Part shown: one piece after another, positions 46,153 to 59,194 of the stretch
Layout: the number at the start of each line of letters is the position of its first letter
How positions within the stretch are numbered: the stretch's first letter is position 1
Source: Azolla caroliniana
Taxonomy: Eukaryota; Plantae; Polypodiophyta
NCBI GenBank assembly: GCA_043228905.1
Contig: JBHGNT010000008.1
Span: 13,764,001-13,828,000, forward strand
Direction of reading: 5' to 3'
DNA length: 64,000 bases
The notes under the pieces: model-generated
Seen by the model: the letters and a program-made list of their open reading frames with translations, nothing else
Database searches by the model: none
What the model was told of the DNA's origin: nothing
Position numbers and translations under genes: made by a program

Positions 46153-49100
46153 AACGGCGGCTGGTGGTTACCTTCAACGAAGTTCGTTGTGCACTCACAG
46201 CTGTAACCGGGCGTGCCAAATTGTGTTACCCGTTCCTTTGGGTGAACACCTTCGATAGATCTGCGTCTATCGGTCTTCAAGGGCGTGGTACGTGAAGGCT
46301 TGTAACAGAGGCGTCGAGAGAGATACAGGGCTCAGAGAGAAAACACTAGCGAGGTCTTGATAGACGTGGCGGCGTGAAACTCATAGGTATGGATCAAAGC
46401 ACAAACTCATGCAGCAAAAATAGGCACAAATCAGATATATTACTATGACAGAAAAGATTACAGAACACGGCCTATGGCCGGTGACCTTACGAGTTTATCT
46501 AATTACGAAGGACTAAGCTAGTGCTTCCGCCTATAGTTTTCTCTTCCCCCTTTTCTTTGAGGTACTGGTCCTCATTTAAATAACTTTTCCCCTAATACAC
46601 AGCCGAGCCGTCGGTGGCCCGTGATACTCGGACTCGGCGTTTGCTAATTTCCTAACTTTACATTTCTGTCCTCTGGACAACATTTCGAATGCGTGGTGCA
46701 AGATGCACGGCTGGACAAACAGCGATGCAGAGGGAACCGACGCCAGCACGACCAGAAAGAGAAGCCCACCCGGAGACTGCAGTGGAAGACGCAGTGTGTG
46801 GAGCGGAGGCCGGCAAAATGTGCTGAGAATGCACGAGAGATGGTTCCAAATGAAGCAACACAGAGAGAGTTGGAACCGGAATCGGAACCAGACCCAAAGT
46901 TGGTTAACATAGAAGGGCCAATGTAGACAGAGAAGGAGACGTTGTCGTTGACGAGACATTGACGGCCAGAAAAACTGACAACGCCCAAAAGACATGGACG
47001 ACTGACTACACAATATCAAAACAAAACGAGGCAACTGGACAAGCGAGACTGCACAAGCACAAACAGAGACGAATGGACGGCCAAAAAGGAAGCATACAGA
47101 CTCAAGCGACACAACCGAAAATGGGCAGGAAAGAACCGGAGAGATGACCGAGAAGACGGACCAGACACACAGCCAAAAGACAACGGACAGACATCCGGAT
47201 GAGCGGCCGGCATGCACAAAAGTGGCCAATGTGGCCACCAGCGGCAAAAGAGAAGCCGGTGTGGCCGGATAGGAGCGGAAGAACGATCGATAACAACCAG
47301 AATGGAGACACGGGACAGAGATGGAGAAGCGGTCGGAGTGTCCAGATAGGCCCGAACAGAGACGGATGAGCAACGGCTATAGACACGTCGAAATGGGCCA
47401 AATAGGACTACCAGATCGGAAAACGAAGAGCAGCCAAACTGGCCGGATAACAATCGGAGCGGCCAAACTAACCGGGCAACAGTCGGAGCGCACAGAATGG
47501 TCGGGAGCGACCGGACAGGAGCCGGAGAGCCTGAATGGCCGGACAACGGCCACAACGGCAGTCTAACGTCATCCGTATGAAGACCGAATAGAGCAGTCAA
47601 GCAATGAACCTCGGCCAACAAGGCCGTTGACAACGATAGAGAAGTCAGCCAACGACAATAGATGGAGACGGCAACGGCAATGGAGCCAGAGACGGAAATA
47701 GAGACATATTGGACAAAGACGGTGACAGAGACGGCGACAGGGAGCGGCCAGACAATGTCTAGAGCGGCCGAACCGGTGGTCCGATTGTAAGAAGGCTATC
47801 GGATGAAGTGGCAGTGATTGGATGTGTTGAACAATGGACAAACATAGAACAAGCAATGGACACACAGCGAAGAAATAGTGGTGGTAGTAGAAGAAGAAGA
47901 AAGAAGAGAAATGCGAAGAAGAAGAAGAAGAAGAAGAAGAAGAAGAAGAAAAAGAAGAAGGAGAAGTAGAAGGGATCGTGAACGAGAAGGATGCAGAAGA
48001 GAGAGAAACAAGAACTGTCTCTGACAGAGACAAGAAGAGATCCGCATACAGGAAGAGAAAGAAGAGAGACAGGAAAAAGATGGACAAACAAAAAAGAGTG
48101 GGAGAGGCAAAACAGGAAAAAAAAAAGGAATGAAGAAAGAAAGAAAAGAGAGGGGGGAAAAGGAGATAGGGGTATCGAATATAATTATAAAAACCTTGAG
48201 GGTACATAATTTTATAAAAACATAAGGGTACATATACAATTTTCAAAACCTAAGGGCATTGTCATTCGTTTAGAAAATTTTAGGCTAAAAATACCTAAAT
48301 TTAAAAACTTATCCACCTAAAGAAATGGACGTGATCGACCACGACAACCCACACAAAAATTAAAGGAAGAACACACATACATACAACATATTTTTGACGA
48401 CCCGAATGATTTTACGAAGTTCGTAAGTCGACAGAACGAGAATGTTTGTGTCGCGGAAGATTTGTTGACCGACAAAGATGTTCGAGTCAAGCACTCCGAT
48501 CGAGGGAGTCGATCAATGAAAGGACCGATGGAAGTTCCGGTCGAAGAAATATCATCATCAAGGCATGTGGGATCGACGTGCAAGGCACTTTCCCACAAGC
48601 GTGCCATATTGTGTTACCCCGTACGAGATGTACGGAGAGTCAAGTGTGATGAGTGAGGGTCGAATGTTATCTTGATGTTGTGTATGTGTAGGGGGTATAA
48701 ATGTAGTTGTGAGTCTATACGTATGTGAACACATGCACACGTGTGTGCATGTGGATGGATACGAGGTGTGAGTGAGTGTCTAGTATGAATGCTCAATGGG
48801 GCTTACACCCCTATGTATCTACCCCCTCTTGTACTATTTAACCCCTTATGGGGAATGAATGAAACATGAATGATCATTTTCTCTCTCAATCTCTCTCTCT
48901 CTTGTGATCTCTCTCTCTCTCTCTCCCCCTCAACGTTGAATCCCCTTGGGAGGGGGGTGGAGCCATTCTAGGCACCACCCCCCACCCCACAATGCTTCTC
49001 AATGCACATGATCTCTCTCGCCATCAATCCCATACTCTCCATCATCATCATAACCACCATGTCTATCTTTATCATGATTATCATCGTCCTTAACCCTAAC

Positions 49101-52100
49101 CCTAAAAACCTATAACAATCTTCATTCTTCCTCTCTATTTTTAGTACTAATTCTTCATGTCTCTAGTACTATCTCTTACACTGTGTTCTGCCAGACAGTT
49201 GGGAGGATGATCTTGGTGTTTCCTTTTCCTAGTCAACAATGGCCTTATCCTCCTTAAAGACTATGTCACGGCTCCTCATGTCCTTCCTATCTATTAGGTC
49301 CCATAGTTTGTAGCTAAATTCATCTTCTCCATACCCCAAGAAAATACATGGTCAACACTTGCTATTCAATTTCGATCTCAGGTCCTTAGCTACATGCACA
49401 TATGCCAAGCTTCCAAACACCCTCAGATGCCGATAAGATACATCTTTTCTTGTCCACACCCTCCATGACATCACCATCTAATGGCACTGAGGGAAACCTG
49501 TTTATAATGTAAACCGATGTCATCAATGCCTCAGCCCAATAGGTTTTTGATAGCTTGGCATGAGAAAACATACATCTGACCCTTTTCATGATCGTTTGAT
49601 TCATCCCCTCGGCCATACCATTTAGCTCAGGAGTTTTGGGTATTGTATACTCTATCATTACTCCTTGGCATCGGCAATACCCCTCAAACTTCCTATGGTA
49701 CTCACCTTCGTTATCGGTCTAGACAACCTTCAGCTTCTGAACTCCCTTTCAACTCTAGCTTGGAATTCTTTGAAGACGGACAACACTTGATCTTTCGTTT
49801 TTAGTACAAAAGCCCACAATTTCCGGTTATAATCATCTATGAAAGTAACAAAGTATTGTGCACAAGCATGTGATTTTGCATCTACGTAGCATACATCGGT
49901 GTGTACCAATTCCAAAGAGTCTCTTCTCCTCATTGGTGACCTAGGGAGAAAGGCAACCTTGTTCTACTTGCCGGCTAGGTAGTCCACACATTTTTCTAGA
50001 TGCACCTTTTTCACCTCCGGTAGGAGCTCCATTTCAACAAGCATCTGCATCCCTTTCTGACTTTTCTTATTCATGTGGCCTAGCCTCTTGGGCCACAACT
50101 CACCGGTTGTGTCGACTGCCACATTTACTCATTCCAGCATTGTCATGCATGTATCACATACAATGTATTTTGCTTTTGGGCACGAGCCATTATCAAGTTC
50201 CTTTTGCAAAATTTCCAACTTCCATTTCGAAAACTACCATAATAACCTTCATCATCAATCCGTCCAGTCGATATCAGATTCGATGTTATATCCAAACATG
50301 GTATACATCTTTGATAAACATTTTGCAACCTATAGAAGTTAGCAACAATACATTACCAATGCCCACAATCTTGCATGCCCCTTCATTTTCCATCTTCACA
50401 TAGTCATAATCTCCAGCTATGTAGAATGAGAAACATTCTCTTTTGGGTGTCAGGTGGAATGATGCACCTGAGTCAACTACCCAAGCAGACTCATCGTTGA
50501 CAAGGTTTACACAACTTTGTTCACTGACAAACAACAACTCTTCCTCACTCACGGTAATGACTGACATGTTCTTATTGTCAAAAATCCTTTTCAGCTCAAC
50601 ACCCTCAGCACTCCCTTTGGCCTTCCTATAGTGTCGGTAGTTATTCTAGAAGTGCCCTGGCTTCCCACAGTAAAAGCACATGAGCTTTCCTCTGGATTTT
50701 GATCTCGATTTGGACTTGTCCCTATTTTGGGGACCTCTTTGCCTGCCACTCCCTCTACTAAGGTCACTTTCTGTGACTATGGCCTTATGGTCAGAGTTGG
50801 ATTCTTTGTCCTTTCGATGAGCTTCTTCATTCAACAAGCTCGACTCCACCATGTCTAGGGTCAGTTGTTTCCCTTGTGGTGTTGAGTTACCCAAGGTCAC
50901 CACAAGCGTCTCCCAATTGTCTGGAAGAGAGCTTAACAACAACAAAGCTAATACCTCATGAGCTAGAGGTACTTCTAGAGAGGTGGTTTCATTAATAAGC
51001 CCTTGAAAGTCATTCAGGTGCTCAGCCATATGCTTGAGCCATCCTAATATCTCAGCCTCACTATCTTCTTGAAGACTCAGACTTTGTTTAGAGCATTTTT
51101 TGTCTCAAACATGCTCCCTATTTTCTTCCCCAAGTCATTTGTTTGTGTCTTGTCATTGACGTTCTTGTATAGACTCATGTCTATAAAACATCTTATATAT
51201 GTTGTTGTCTTCAAATGCATGACTTCCCAGGTTGATGCATCAATCTTGTCAAGTTCGTCTTTGCCATATTATAATGGCAACCATAGGTTTTTACACACCA
51301 ACATATCCCTCATTGTCAACTTCCAAACTAAATAGTTTGGGCCGGTCAGCTTGAACATCCCACCAAGGGATTCCTTTGTATTCTACTACTTTGGGGAGGT
51401 TATGAACCTTTGCTCTAATAGCAGTTTGAAGTGAATATGAAGAGCCAGCCACAGCCGGCTAATAAGTGGAAATGGAAAACAACAAGAAAAACAGAATATG
51501 ACAATGACAAAGACACAAATGTTTAGCGTGGAAACCTTGAAAGGGAAAAACCACGAGAGTCCACTTACTCCAAACATAATCACTTTCTCTAGATGTTTAT
51601 ACAAGTCTCAAGGCCACTACCTTGAGTCTTCTTCGCCTCAACCAACGGATATACAAAGAGAGAGAAAACGTAAACAAAACAAAGCGAATGCCAAACCTGG
51701 TCTATGTTGAGCCATCGATCTCCACAAATCGGATTCACAAATCGTCCATTACACAAGCTCGATCTCTACAGTACATAGTCGTTCTTCTCTTCTAACTTCA
51801 GTTCACAGTTTACTCTACTTCTGCACACACGTATGATACATACCCCTAGGGTTTTTACATGCATACATATATGTATGTATTTACATATATGTCCCTAGCC
51901 GATTACAATGGCCCTTAGTTGGATCAGCTCCCAACCGATTATAGTCAGCTCATAGCAGGCATATAGTTGGGCAACTGACTCTCAATTGGACAGTCGGCTC
52001 TTGGTACTTAGCCGACTCATCTCCCATCAGGAGGGAATCTTTCCACAATAGTCCTTGCCCTCTACTCACCTTCTCTATGTTTTTACCTAACTGTCTATTG

Positions 52101-55100
52101 TTGCCAACCGAGCCGACTGCTTGATATGTAAGCTTCCACACTTTAACCTTTTTATAAAGTGCGTGAAAACATATTACAAGGAAAATGCTTATATGATCCA
52201 TTTATGTCAAAGCTACATAGAAAGCTTGATTGTTGTATTATGTCATCGCTTGCTATAAAGTTCATTTGTTCAAAGTAACTACCCGAAAGTTTTGGTCAAA
52301 TTAGATGTATGCACAATAAAGTGGTTAGAAGTGTTATGCAATCACTTTTGGAAGGATTCATGTTCTTTGATTAATCAATCAAGACTATAATGGAGGATGA
52401 TATTTTATTATGACAATAAGAATTTGTTTTAAAGATAACATCTACAAGTTTGGGAAGGATTGTTGTAATTTTGATGAATGAGAGTAATCTTTTCATGGAT
52501 AAATCCGGAGGCCGGTCATTGTTTTGCCACAATTAGCAATTGCATGTGAAAGAGCGATTCCCAAAATGAATGAGATCAAATCCAACTCTCTCCTAAAAAG
52601 TTAAGATTATTGTTGTTTGTTGCCATCAATACACAAATGAGACCAATTTTGACGAGGATATGTGGACAAAATGCTTTGAAGCTTGGTAGGGTATGCAAAA
52701 TAGAATTGTGTAATTGACAATAGCAATAAGTTGATATAAATGGTTTTCTAATATAAATAAAACCAAATCCAATTCTCTCCTAAAATGTTAAATTTATTGA
52801 TGTTTGTCAACATCATTACACCAATTTTTAAAAGGTAAAGCGGACAAAATGTTTTGAAACATGGAAGTATACAAAGAATAAAAGTATAGGATAATTAACA
52901 ACATAATGTTGATAAATGAATATGTCATTACCTATGTATAGAAATATCATCTTTTTTTAATATTATATGTTTATTTATGCAATCATTATTTTTTTGTGGC
53001 CGGTTACATCAACAACATCTTTCCATAATGTGTTATGTGGGTCTTTCAATAAATGTTATATTTACTTATTTTTACTATAGCAAGCAATGACAAACTTCAT
53101 GGTGGCATTTCGATTATGTGGATTTATGATGAAAAATTATTAAAGACATGTTTTGGTTAATTAGCAAAAAAATTAGAATATCAATGGACCACCAACTTAG
53201 GAATTTGTCGTTCCCATTGGATTGACATGTTTTAACTATACAAATCCCATGCAATTGTAGGTTGCATGCCAAAATATGTCCCTCATAATGCTTTAGGTTT
53301 TCTATGTATTTAATATCTATGATATAGATATTATAACTGTCATGTAGCTATGACTCTTGTCTTCCTCCATGTAGCATATGATATAGCTTAATATCTCAAA
53401 ATGTTAGTGTGATTATTTGAACCTATTTGCTAATGAAATAAAAGTAAAGCAATTGCTTATTACACGTAAACCTATATTCATCTATCTATACACCATAACT
53501 ATTATAGCGCCAACCTACACATTTGCATTTGTCAATCCATCATTAATGCTCTTCACATGCACATTTTTATGGTAAATATGATTGAACCCATAGTGCACAA
53601 ATTTTTAATGTCATGTATACATGTGTAAAGTATGCATCATTTATATTAGGATATTTTTCCTTGTTAATAAAGTATAAGACACACACCTTGATCCAAGACA
53701 ACTCATCCCTATATGAGCTTGTTATAATGGAGTGAATATGTTAAATCCAGAAGTGGTCACCTTTATATGTTTCTGAGGAATCGCATTAACCATATGTAGT
53801 AAAGGAAACTTTATTTATGATGCTCTAAGGAATCGAATATTTCAGAAAAGTTCAATAAAAAGGATCTTGTAATGTTACCTCGATTATAATGTACATACAT
53901 TTACAAACTTGAAATGCCCCCATTTTCTTCGAAATCTCCATTGGCATAAACTTACTCATTGATTTATCACAAGTAGATCATGATGTTATTTATTGGATTA
54001 CATGCACCAAATGTGTATGTCATTCACTAAAAGGTGTGATCATATTCAAGTTGAAGGCAACTAGTTGTTATTCATATGATTGTTAAAATGACACTAGCGT
54101 GGTTTTGTGCTTGTACATTCATGATTACATGTGAAGAAACATAAATGAAGAGCAATAATATAATACTACATGTAAAACCAATGATTTTAGCCATCTATGA
54201 GATATCAATTGAATAGACGGAAATCATAGATATGTTTTCATAAAAGTATATGTGTTGTGTCTAGCAATATTTATTATGCCTAATTGCTTGTTTTGTACAT
54301 GTTGATGTCATAGCTATGTGATTGTTCTTATCAAGATGTTTCTTTAATGATGGATATGAAAAAATAATGCTATCCGATCTTTGTGAGTGTCGATTATTGT
54401 TCAAAGATTGTATATATGGTAGAAATTTTGCATATTGTCCAATTTACATGTCAAAGATAATATTAGTTGTAATGGCCTACAAATCTGGTTATGGTTTTGT
54501 TGACCTAACCTTAACCTTTCCAAATATTATGTACTACAATGATGATCAGTTTTATGGCCAAAATGAAGGAGGCCTTAGTATTCTTAAAGGGAGTGAGGAT
54601 TGTTTGCATTTTATGAGAGTATCAAAAAAGTTCTAGATTTTATACAATTAATAATGACATTAAGCTTTAGAATATTCAAAATATTTGCTAACTAAAGGAC
54701 CAAGGGAAGTGTTGATGCTTCACATGTTGAGAGCTTCACTCAAAAACTTCAATGCATCTCTCTCTTCATCCTCCAAAATGTCTCCAGGAACTTAGAGGAA
54801 AAGGTAGTCAACAAATATTTCATACGGTAATTAACTTAGAACTCTTTTGCAAGGACAATGTTTTTTTTTTTTCCAAAAAAACTTGCAAGGACAATTAGAA
54901 TTTAGAACCCTTGGAAGTCTAGATGTATTGATAAACTTAGGGCTTCATCAGGTTTTGCGCTCCTCATATGAAACAAAGAACACAAGTATCATATCTAGGA
55001 AATTGATCATGGTCTCTTATTCTAAGTTGTGATTTTTCACATTTTTTCACCAACAGTTAAGATAACTTCTTACAATATCAAAACTCCATATTTTGCAAGA

Positions 55101-56922
55101 TTCTTAGGCAAGTCCTACCTCCTTTAGAAAACAAGTATGAGAATTATTTCAAGTAGGTTGCATCTCCAATCCCATTTTTTTCTTACCCACAAAATGATAA
55201 GTGGGTCACTAAAACTAGAATTACAAATGACAACTCTAATAGGAGATAAATGTACCAAGAAATGATAGCTACGCAAGTTGAAGAAATTAAACTAAAATGC
55301 AACTTTGTCACTGAAGACGAGAATAGTTCAGGAAAAGCTATTGAAGTGACCCCAATGGCCCACCATCCATCTTCAACACTACTCCCCCCCAAACACAAAT
55401 GAATGAATGTTCCTAGTGTCTCTTAGTTGTAACATGTTCTTCTTTCCTATGCTAGGTACATACGTTCAGATCTATGCAGAGGATAAAATGTGATAGTAAT
55501 TACCCATTAACATTGACATATGTTCTAACTCCACATTATATTCTTTGCTATTTTAGTTTGAAAGAGAAAAGGATGTTGCTCTACGTACCATGAGCTTAGT
55601 GCACTTATTCATGATAAATTTACAATTGGCACACAATATGCATTATTTATAAAACAAAGAGTTATATTTTGGAGATAAACATAGCCACAATCTAGATGTA
55701 TGAAAGAGATGACAATGTGAACCATATCGTATGTCATTAGAAATGAGCTAGATTAAAGAGAAATGTGAATCATGTGCCAATCCATGACATTGTTTGATGT
55801 CCAACATACAATCTAAAGGTTCGAATATTCCTTTTACCACCTCACAAAAGTTACTTTCCCTTTTTACTACTATCTTTAGCCAAAAGCTATATGATGTGGA
55901 TACAACAATATCTAAACTACTCATTGGTGAAGATTGGTGTTTCAATTCTCACTTTTCGCAAACATTACTTGTATATAAATAGTGCAATGTTTTTTAGGGC
56001 ACATTATGAAGAAATATGAACTAAAATTTTGAGAAATTTCCAATTGGTTTTAAAAACATAAATTGGTTATCTTGATAGTGAAATATAAGCTTTACAACGA
56101 CTTTTTTAAGTATGCTTCCAAAGAAAATAGAGTGCCTCTTTAGATATGTGGTGCGGGACAAAGTTATAGTCATCAACAAAACATCCGACAAATATTTTGG
56201 ACTTATTAGTTGGAAAATAATGTTTGATAAATTTAGAGCATATTTCCTATCACTTAAAGGATGAAAGAGACCGATGGATATTGGAGGGAGGCCTCAAGCA
56301 ATGCTCACGATGGGAAAAGGTGCCCTTATCCTCTAAAACTATGGGGTTAAAATTTCGGAATTGCCAAGTTTGGAAAGATGAAATATACATATAAAGTAAT
56401 GTATTGGATATTACAAAGAACCGTTGGCACAACATCATGTGGCAAAGAAAAGATAGGAAAAGATATTACAAAGAACAAGCAAGAATTCGAAACCCAAACA
56501 AATATTTATTGATGTAAGTGAATGAATGGTTTGAAGTGGGGAAAACGAGAAGCATGGTAAGTGTCAAACACGATCTGTGATAAACATAGAAGGTAGCTCG
56601 ATATGATAGGATATAGAGAATGGCCACTAGGGATAGGGATAGAGATATTTACACACTTTTTGCACCACTCATTTGTCTTTCTTCACTTTCGTCACATAGA
56701 AAGACCAAATGTGAACACACACACACACACACACAAAACCTACTAGGTACATATAATTTACTCGCCCAACACAAAAGAATACAAACTCATTTCACACTAT
56801 AGCCACATCTATCTATATACACTCTTGAAAGAAAGAGGAAGAGAGAGAGAGAGAGAGTGTGTGTGTTGTTTTTTTATTCTTGGAGACTATATTCATACTA
56901 CACTAGAGAGGGAAGAAGAGAG

Positions 56923-57796
56923 ATGGGTGGGTCATTGGAACCAAGCCTTGGTCGTGCGGCGATGGCATTGTTGCCATGGATGACTCTAATGATCGGCTTG
57001 ATGGCATGGGGCTATGGTGGAATGGTGATGGCTAGGGAGGAGGTAGTGCATCAGGTGGGCGGTACACCCGGTTGGTCATTACCCTCGCGCTCCATGGTCA
57101 ACTACACCCAATGGGCTGCCACGCAAATGTTTGTAGTCGGCGACACCTTGTGTAAGTGTAGAACCCACATGACCATATCAATATATGTAACTACATGTAT
57201 AATTACTTTGTTAGGCCTTGATTAGTGACTAAATGAATGAATGAATTGCACCCCCTCCCCCTCCCCCAATTCTTGTAGATTTCAACTACAGTAGTGCATA
57301 CCACAATGTGGTCCAAGTGACGGCTACAAAGTACGCCAACTGCGATGCTTCGGACCCTATCGAGACGTGGACGGATGGTGCGACCCGCATCAAGCTCTCG
57401 ACTGCCAGCACATTCTACTATATCTGTGGCGTGCCGGGCCACTGCAGCCTTGGTCAGCTGGTGGCCATCCCGGTCCTCGAAGCTGAAGCTGCGACCACGC
57501 CCGCACCCGCATTAGCTCCCACCGCATCCCCTCCGGCTGCCAATTCAGGTTCTACACCGACACCATCTCCATCTCCATCTCCCTCTTCCTCCTCCTCCCC
57601 ACCGGCTCTCCCCCCGGTACTCTCACCGTCTCCTTCTAATTCCGGTGGCTCTAGTACCGCGCTCTCCGGCAATTCATCCACCCCAAGCAACTCCACCTCA
57701 TCAGCTACATCTGTTTCCACCTCCTCATCTACTGTTCTACCACTACTACTGCTACTGCTACTGCTGCCATCATTAGTACTATCCTTCCCTCTCTAA
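56923..57796 (+). CDS. Stellacyanin-type phytocyanin with AGP-like region and probable GPI signal; exons 56923-57151 and 57279-57796, 248 aa
   Basis: Signal peptide; HQVGGTPGW...YTQWA...FVVGDTL | YFNY...HNVVQV...C...YYICGVPGHCSLGQ giving His/Cys/His/Gln copper ligands; phase-1 GT-AG intron 57152-57278; Pro/Ser/Ala/Thr-rich tail and hydrophobic C-terminus. Confidence 0.95.
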
Positions 57797-58254
57797 ATTT
57801 GCACACACACCCAACCCCTCTCTCAAATCCCCCACAAGCTTCATAGCCCCTCTCTCTTTCTGAATACTTATGGTGGTATCTCTAGTGTATGTATACATGG
57901 TATGTTGGTTCCTTGGACCATCGCTCCCTCCCTCCCTTCCTTGGATCTCTTAGATAGATAAGCCTCAACCCTTCACACTATCTTCGAAACCAATTGTCTT
58001 GTCCGAGATATCACATTTGCTTCTGCCCAATCGTGTCCGTGTCGGCCGAATGTGGCACAAATCCCACTAGCCCAGCTCCTACTCCCTTTTGTGTTGTTAG
58101 TTCGTTGGTCTCCTTGTCTTGTTTTCTTACTTTGATTTAATGTTAATGATATACATTTTCGAGCATAACGTTTTACTTCATTTGCGGATGTTAAATGTGT
58201 AAGCCAAACTTTTTGTGTCATGACTATGCTAGTTCAACTATCACTTGGATCCGT

Positions 58255-58470
58255 CTTTGCCCGACAATCTGTCTTCTTATTAATAAAACACGAGTATAAG
58301 ATAGAATGAAATATTTACTATTGGTTGTTTAGGCTATTAGATTTATTACTTACACTATCAATTGCATGCTTCCTTTCCCGACAATCAATCTTCTCATTAA
58401 TAAAACACTAGTATAAGACAGAATAGAATATTTACTATTGGTTGTTTAGTGCTCTTAGATTCATTCCTTA
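58255..58470. repeat. ~120-bp tandem duplication
   Basis: CCCGACAATC...TTAATAAAACAC...TATTTACTATTGGTTGTTTAG occurs twice. Confidence 0.75.
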
Positions 58471-58925
58471 CCAACCTATCTTTTGAACTCCCATAGTCCA
58501 CCCACTTGCTCACAACATTTTACTTTCACTCTCATAGAACTATCTAGGTCTATTGTGCCAAGAAGCCTAGTTCAAGATGCCCATTTTTAATTCTCATTAA
58601 ATTCAAGGATTTATGTATCTAACCTCTAAGGAAAACGAAAAAAATATCTCTTATATTCCTATACTTTTTCTTCTATGACCTAGGCTTTGTATAGGTATAT
58701 ATTCGAAATTCATCAAAACAAATGAGGGGCTGCAATGCTTTTGTTCATGTGATCTTTTTATATTTCAAATATCATAAGAAAAACAAATTAGCAATGCCCT
58801 ACATTATGATTTGTGTGCGATGTGTAGTAATAATGTATGAAATATTGCCCATAAAGTTATCATTGCGCACCACTTTCTAATTCAATATATTAAACACTTT
58901 GCAATCTAGTCATGGCCTTATTAAT

Positions 58926-59120
58926 GGGAAAAAAAAATACACCTTATAAAGTAATTATACACTCAAATCTACAAGCCCTATTTACCAAAATATCTTTCAA
59001 ACACAAATTTCTTTACTTAAGCGATTCTTTGGGTCTTTGTACCTAATAGTGTAGTCTTTCTTTTCTTTCTTGTAAATTGGGTTGATCAATCGTCTTCATC
59101 ATCAGGATCCATAAAAGGTC

Positions 59121-59194
<74 letters not shown>

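Larger units (their letters stand above)
30944..46682 (-). mobile_element. Non-chromovirus Ty3/gypsy element (Athila/Tat-related by inference) with an extra 3' ORF
   Basis: 459-bp LTRs at 30944-31402 and 46224-46682 with about 8 differences by eye; TSD TTTCG; PBS TGGCACGCCCGGT (46206-46218, minus); gag-PR-RT-RH-IN fragments; no chromodomain. Confidence 0.93.
30342..49117 (+). mobile_element. Non-autonomous, apparently non-coding LTR element (own interior 30706-30943 + 46683-48611)
   Basis: LTRs 30342-30705 (with a ~140-bp deletion) and 48612-49117, both TG..CA; perfect TSD ATCTT; PBS-like TGGCGACCAC at 30711. The interior has no recognisable gag or pol motifs and includes a (GAA)n tract at ~47890-47970. 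Confidence 0.9.
23879..49180 (+). mobile_element. Rearranged chromovirus (copy 2) with inverted LTR and gag-RT segments
   Basis: LTR start TGTCATT at 23879; inverted LTR 24112-25210; direct LTR piece 25211-25485; inverted gag-PR-RT 25485-27832; direct RH-IN-chromodomain 27900-29630; PPT; 3' LTR 29638-30341 + 49118-49180. Confidence 0.8.
23749..52140 (-). mobile_element. Decayed Ty1/copia element hosting the nested stack (own sequence 23749-23878 and 49181-52140)
   Basis: 5' LTR ~51427-52140, degenerate Met PBS ~51412-51423, gag/PR/IN fragments at 49181-51370. The post-integrase linker (RRYPLRRRRAPYRF) lies at 23755-23810, across a near-TSD CTATG/CTGTG. Confidence 0.8.

Noticed and set aside
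46576-48246. Long hydrophobic minus-strand ORFs (265, 205 and 225 aa) as possible env or membrane proteins
   Set aside because: Low-complexity products of a CT-rich strand and the GAA tract; they overlap in several frames and have no domain motifs.
49090-49112. Telomere-like AACCCTAACCCTAAAAACCTA
   Set aside because: Only two or three imperfect units, and part of the LTR end (also at ~30680-30700); not a telomeric array.
52200-56500. Possible decayed DNA-transposon or gene remnants in AT-rich sequence
   Set aside because: Only short ORFs with no motif I could recognise; a translated homology search would be needed.
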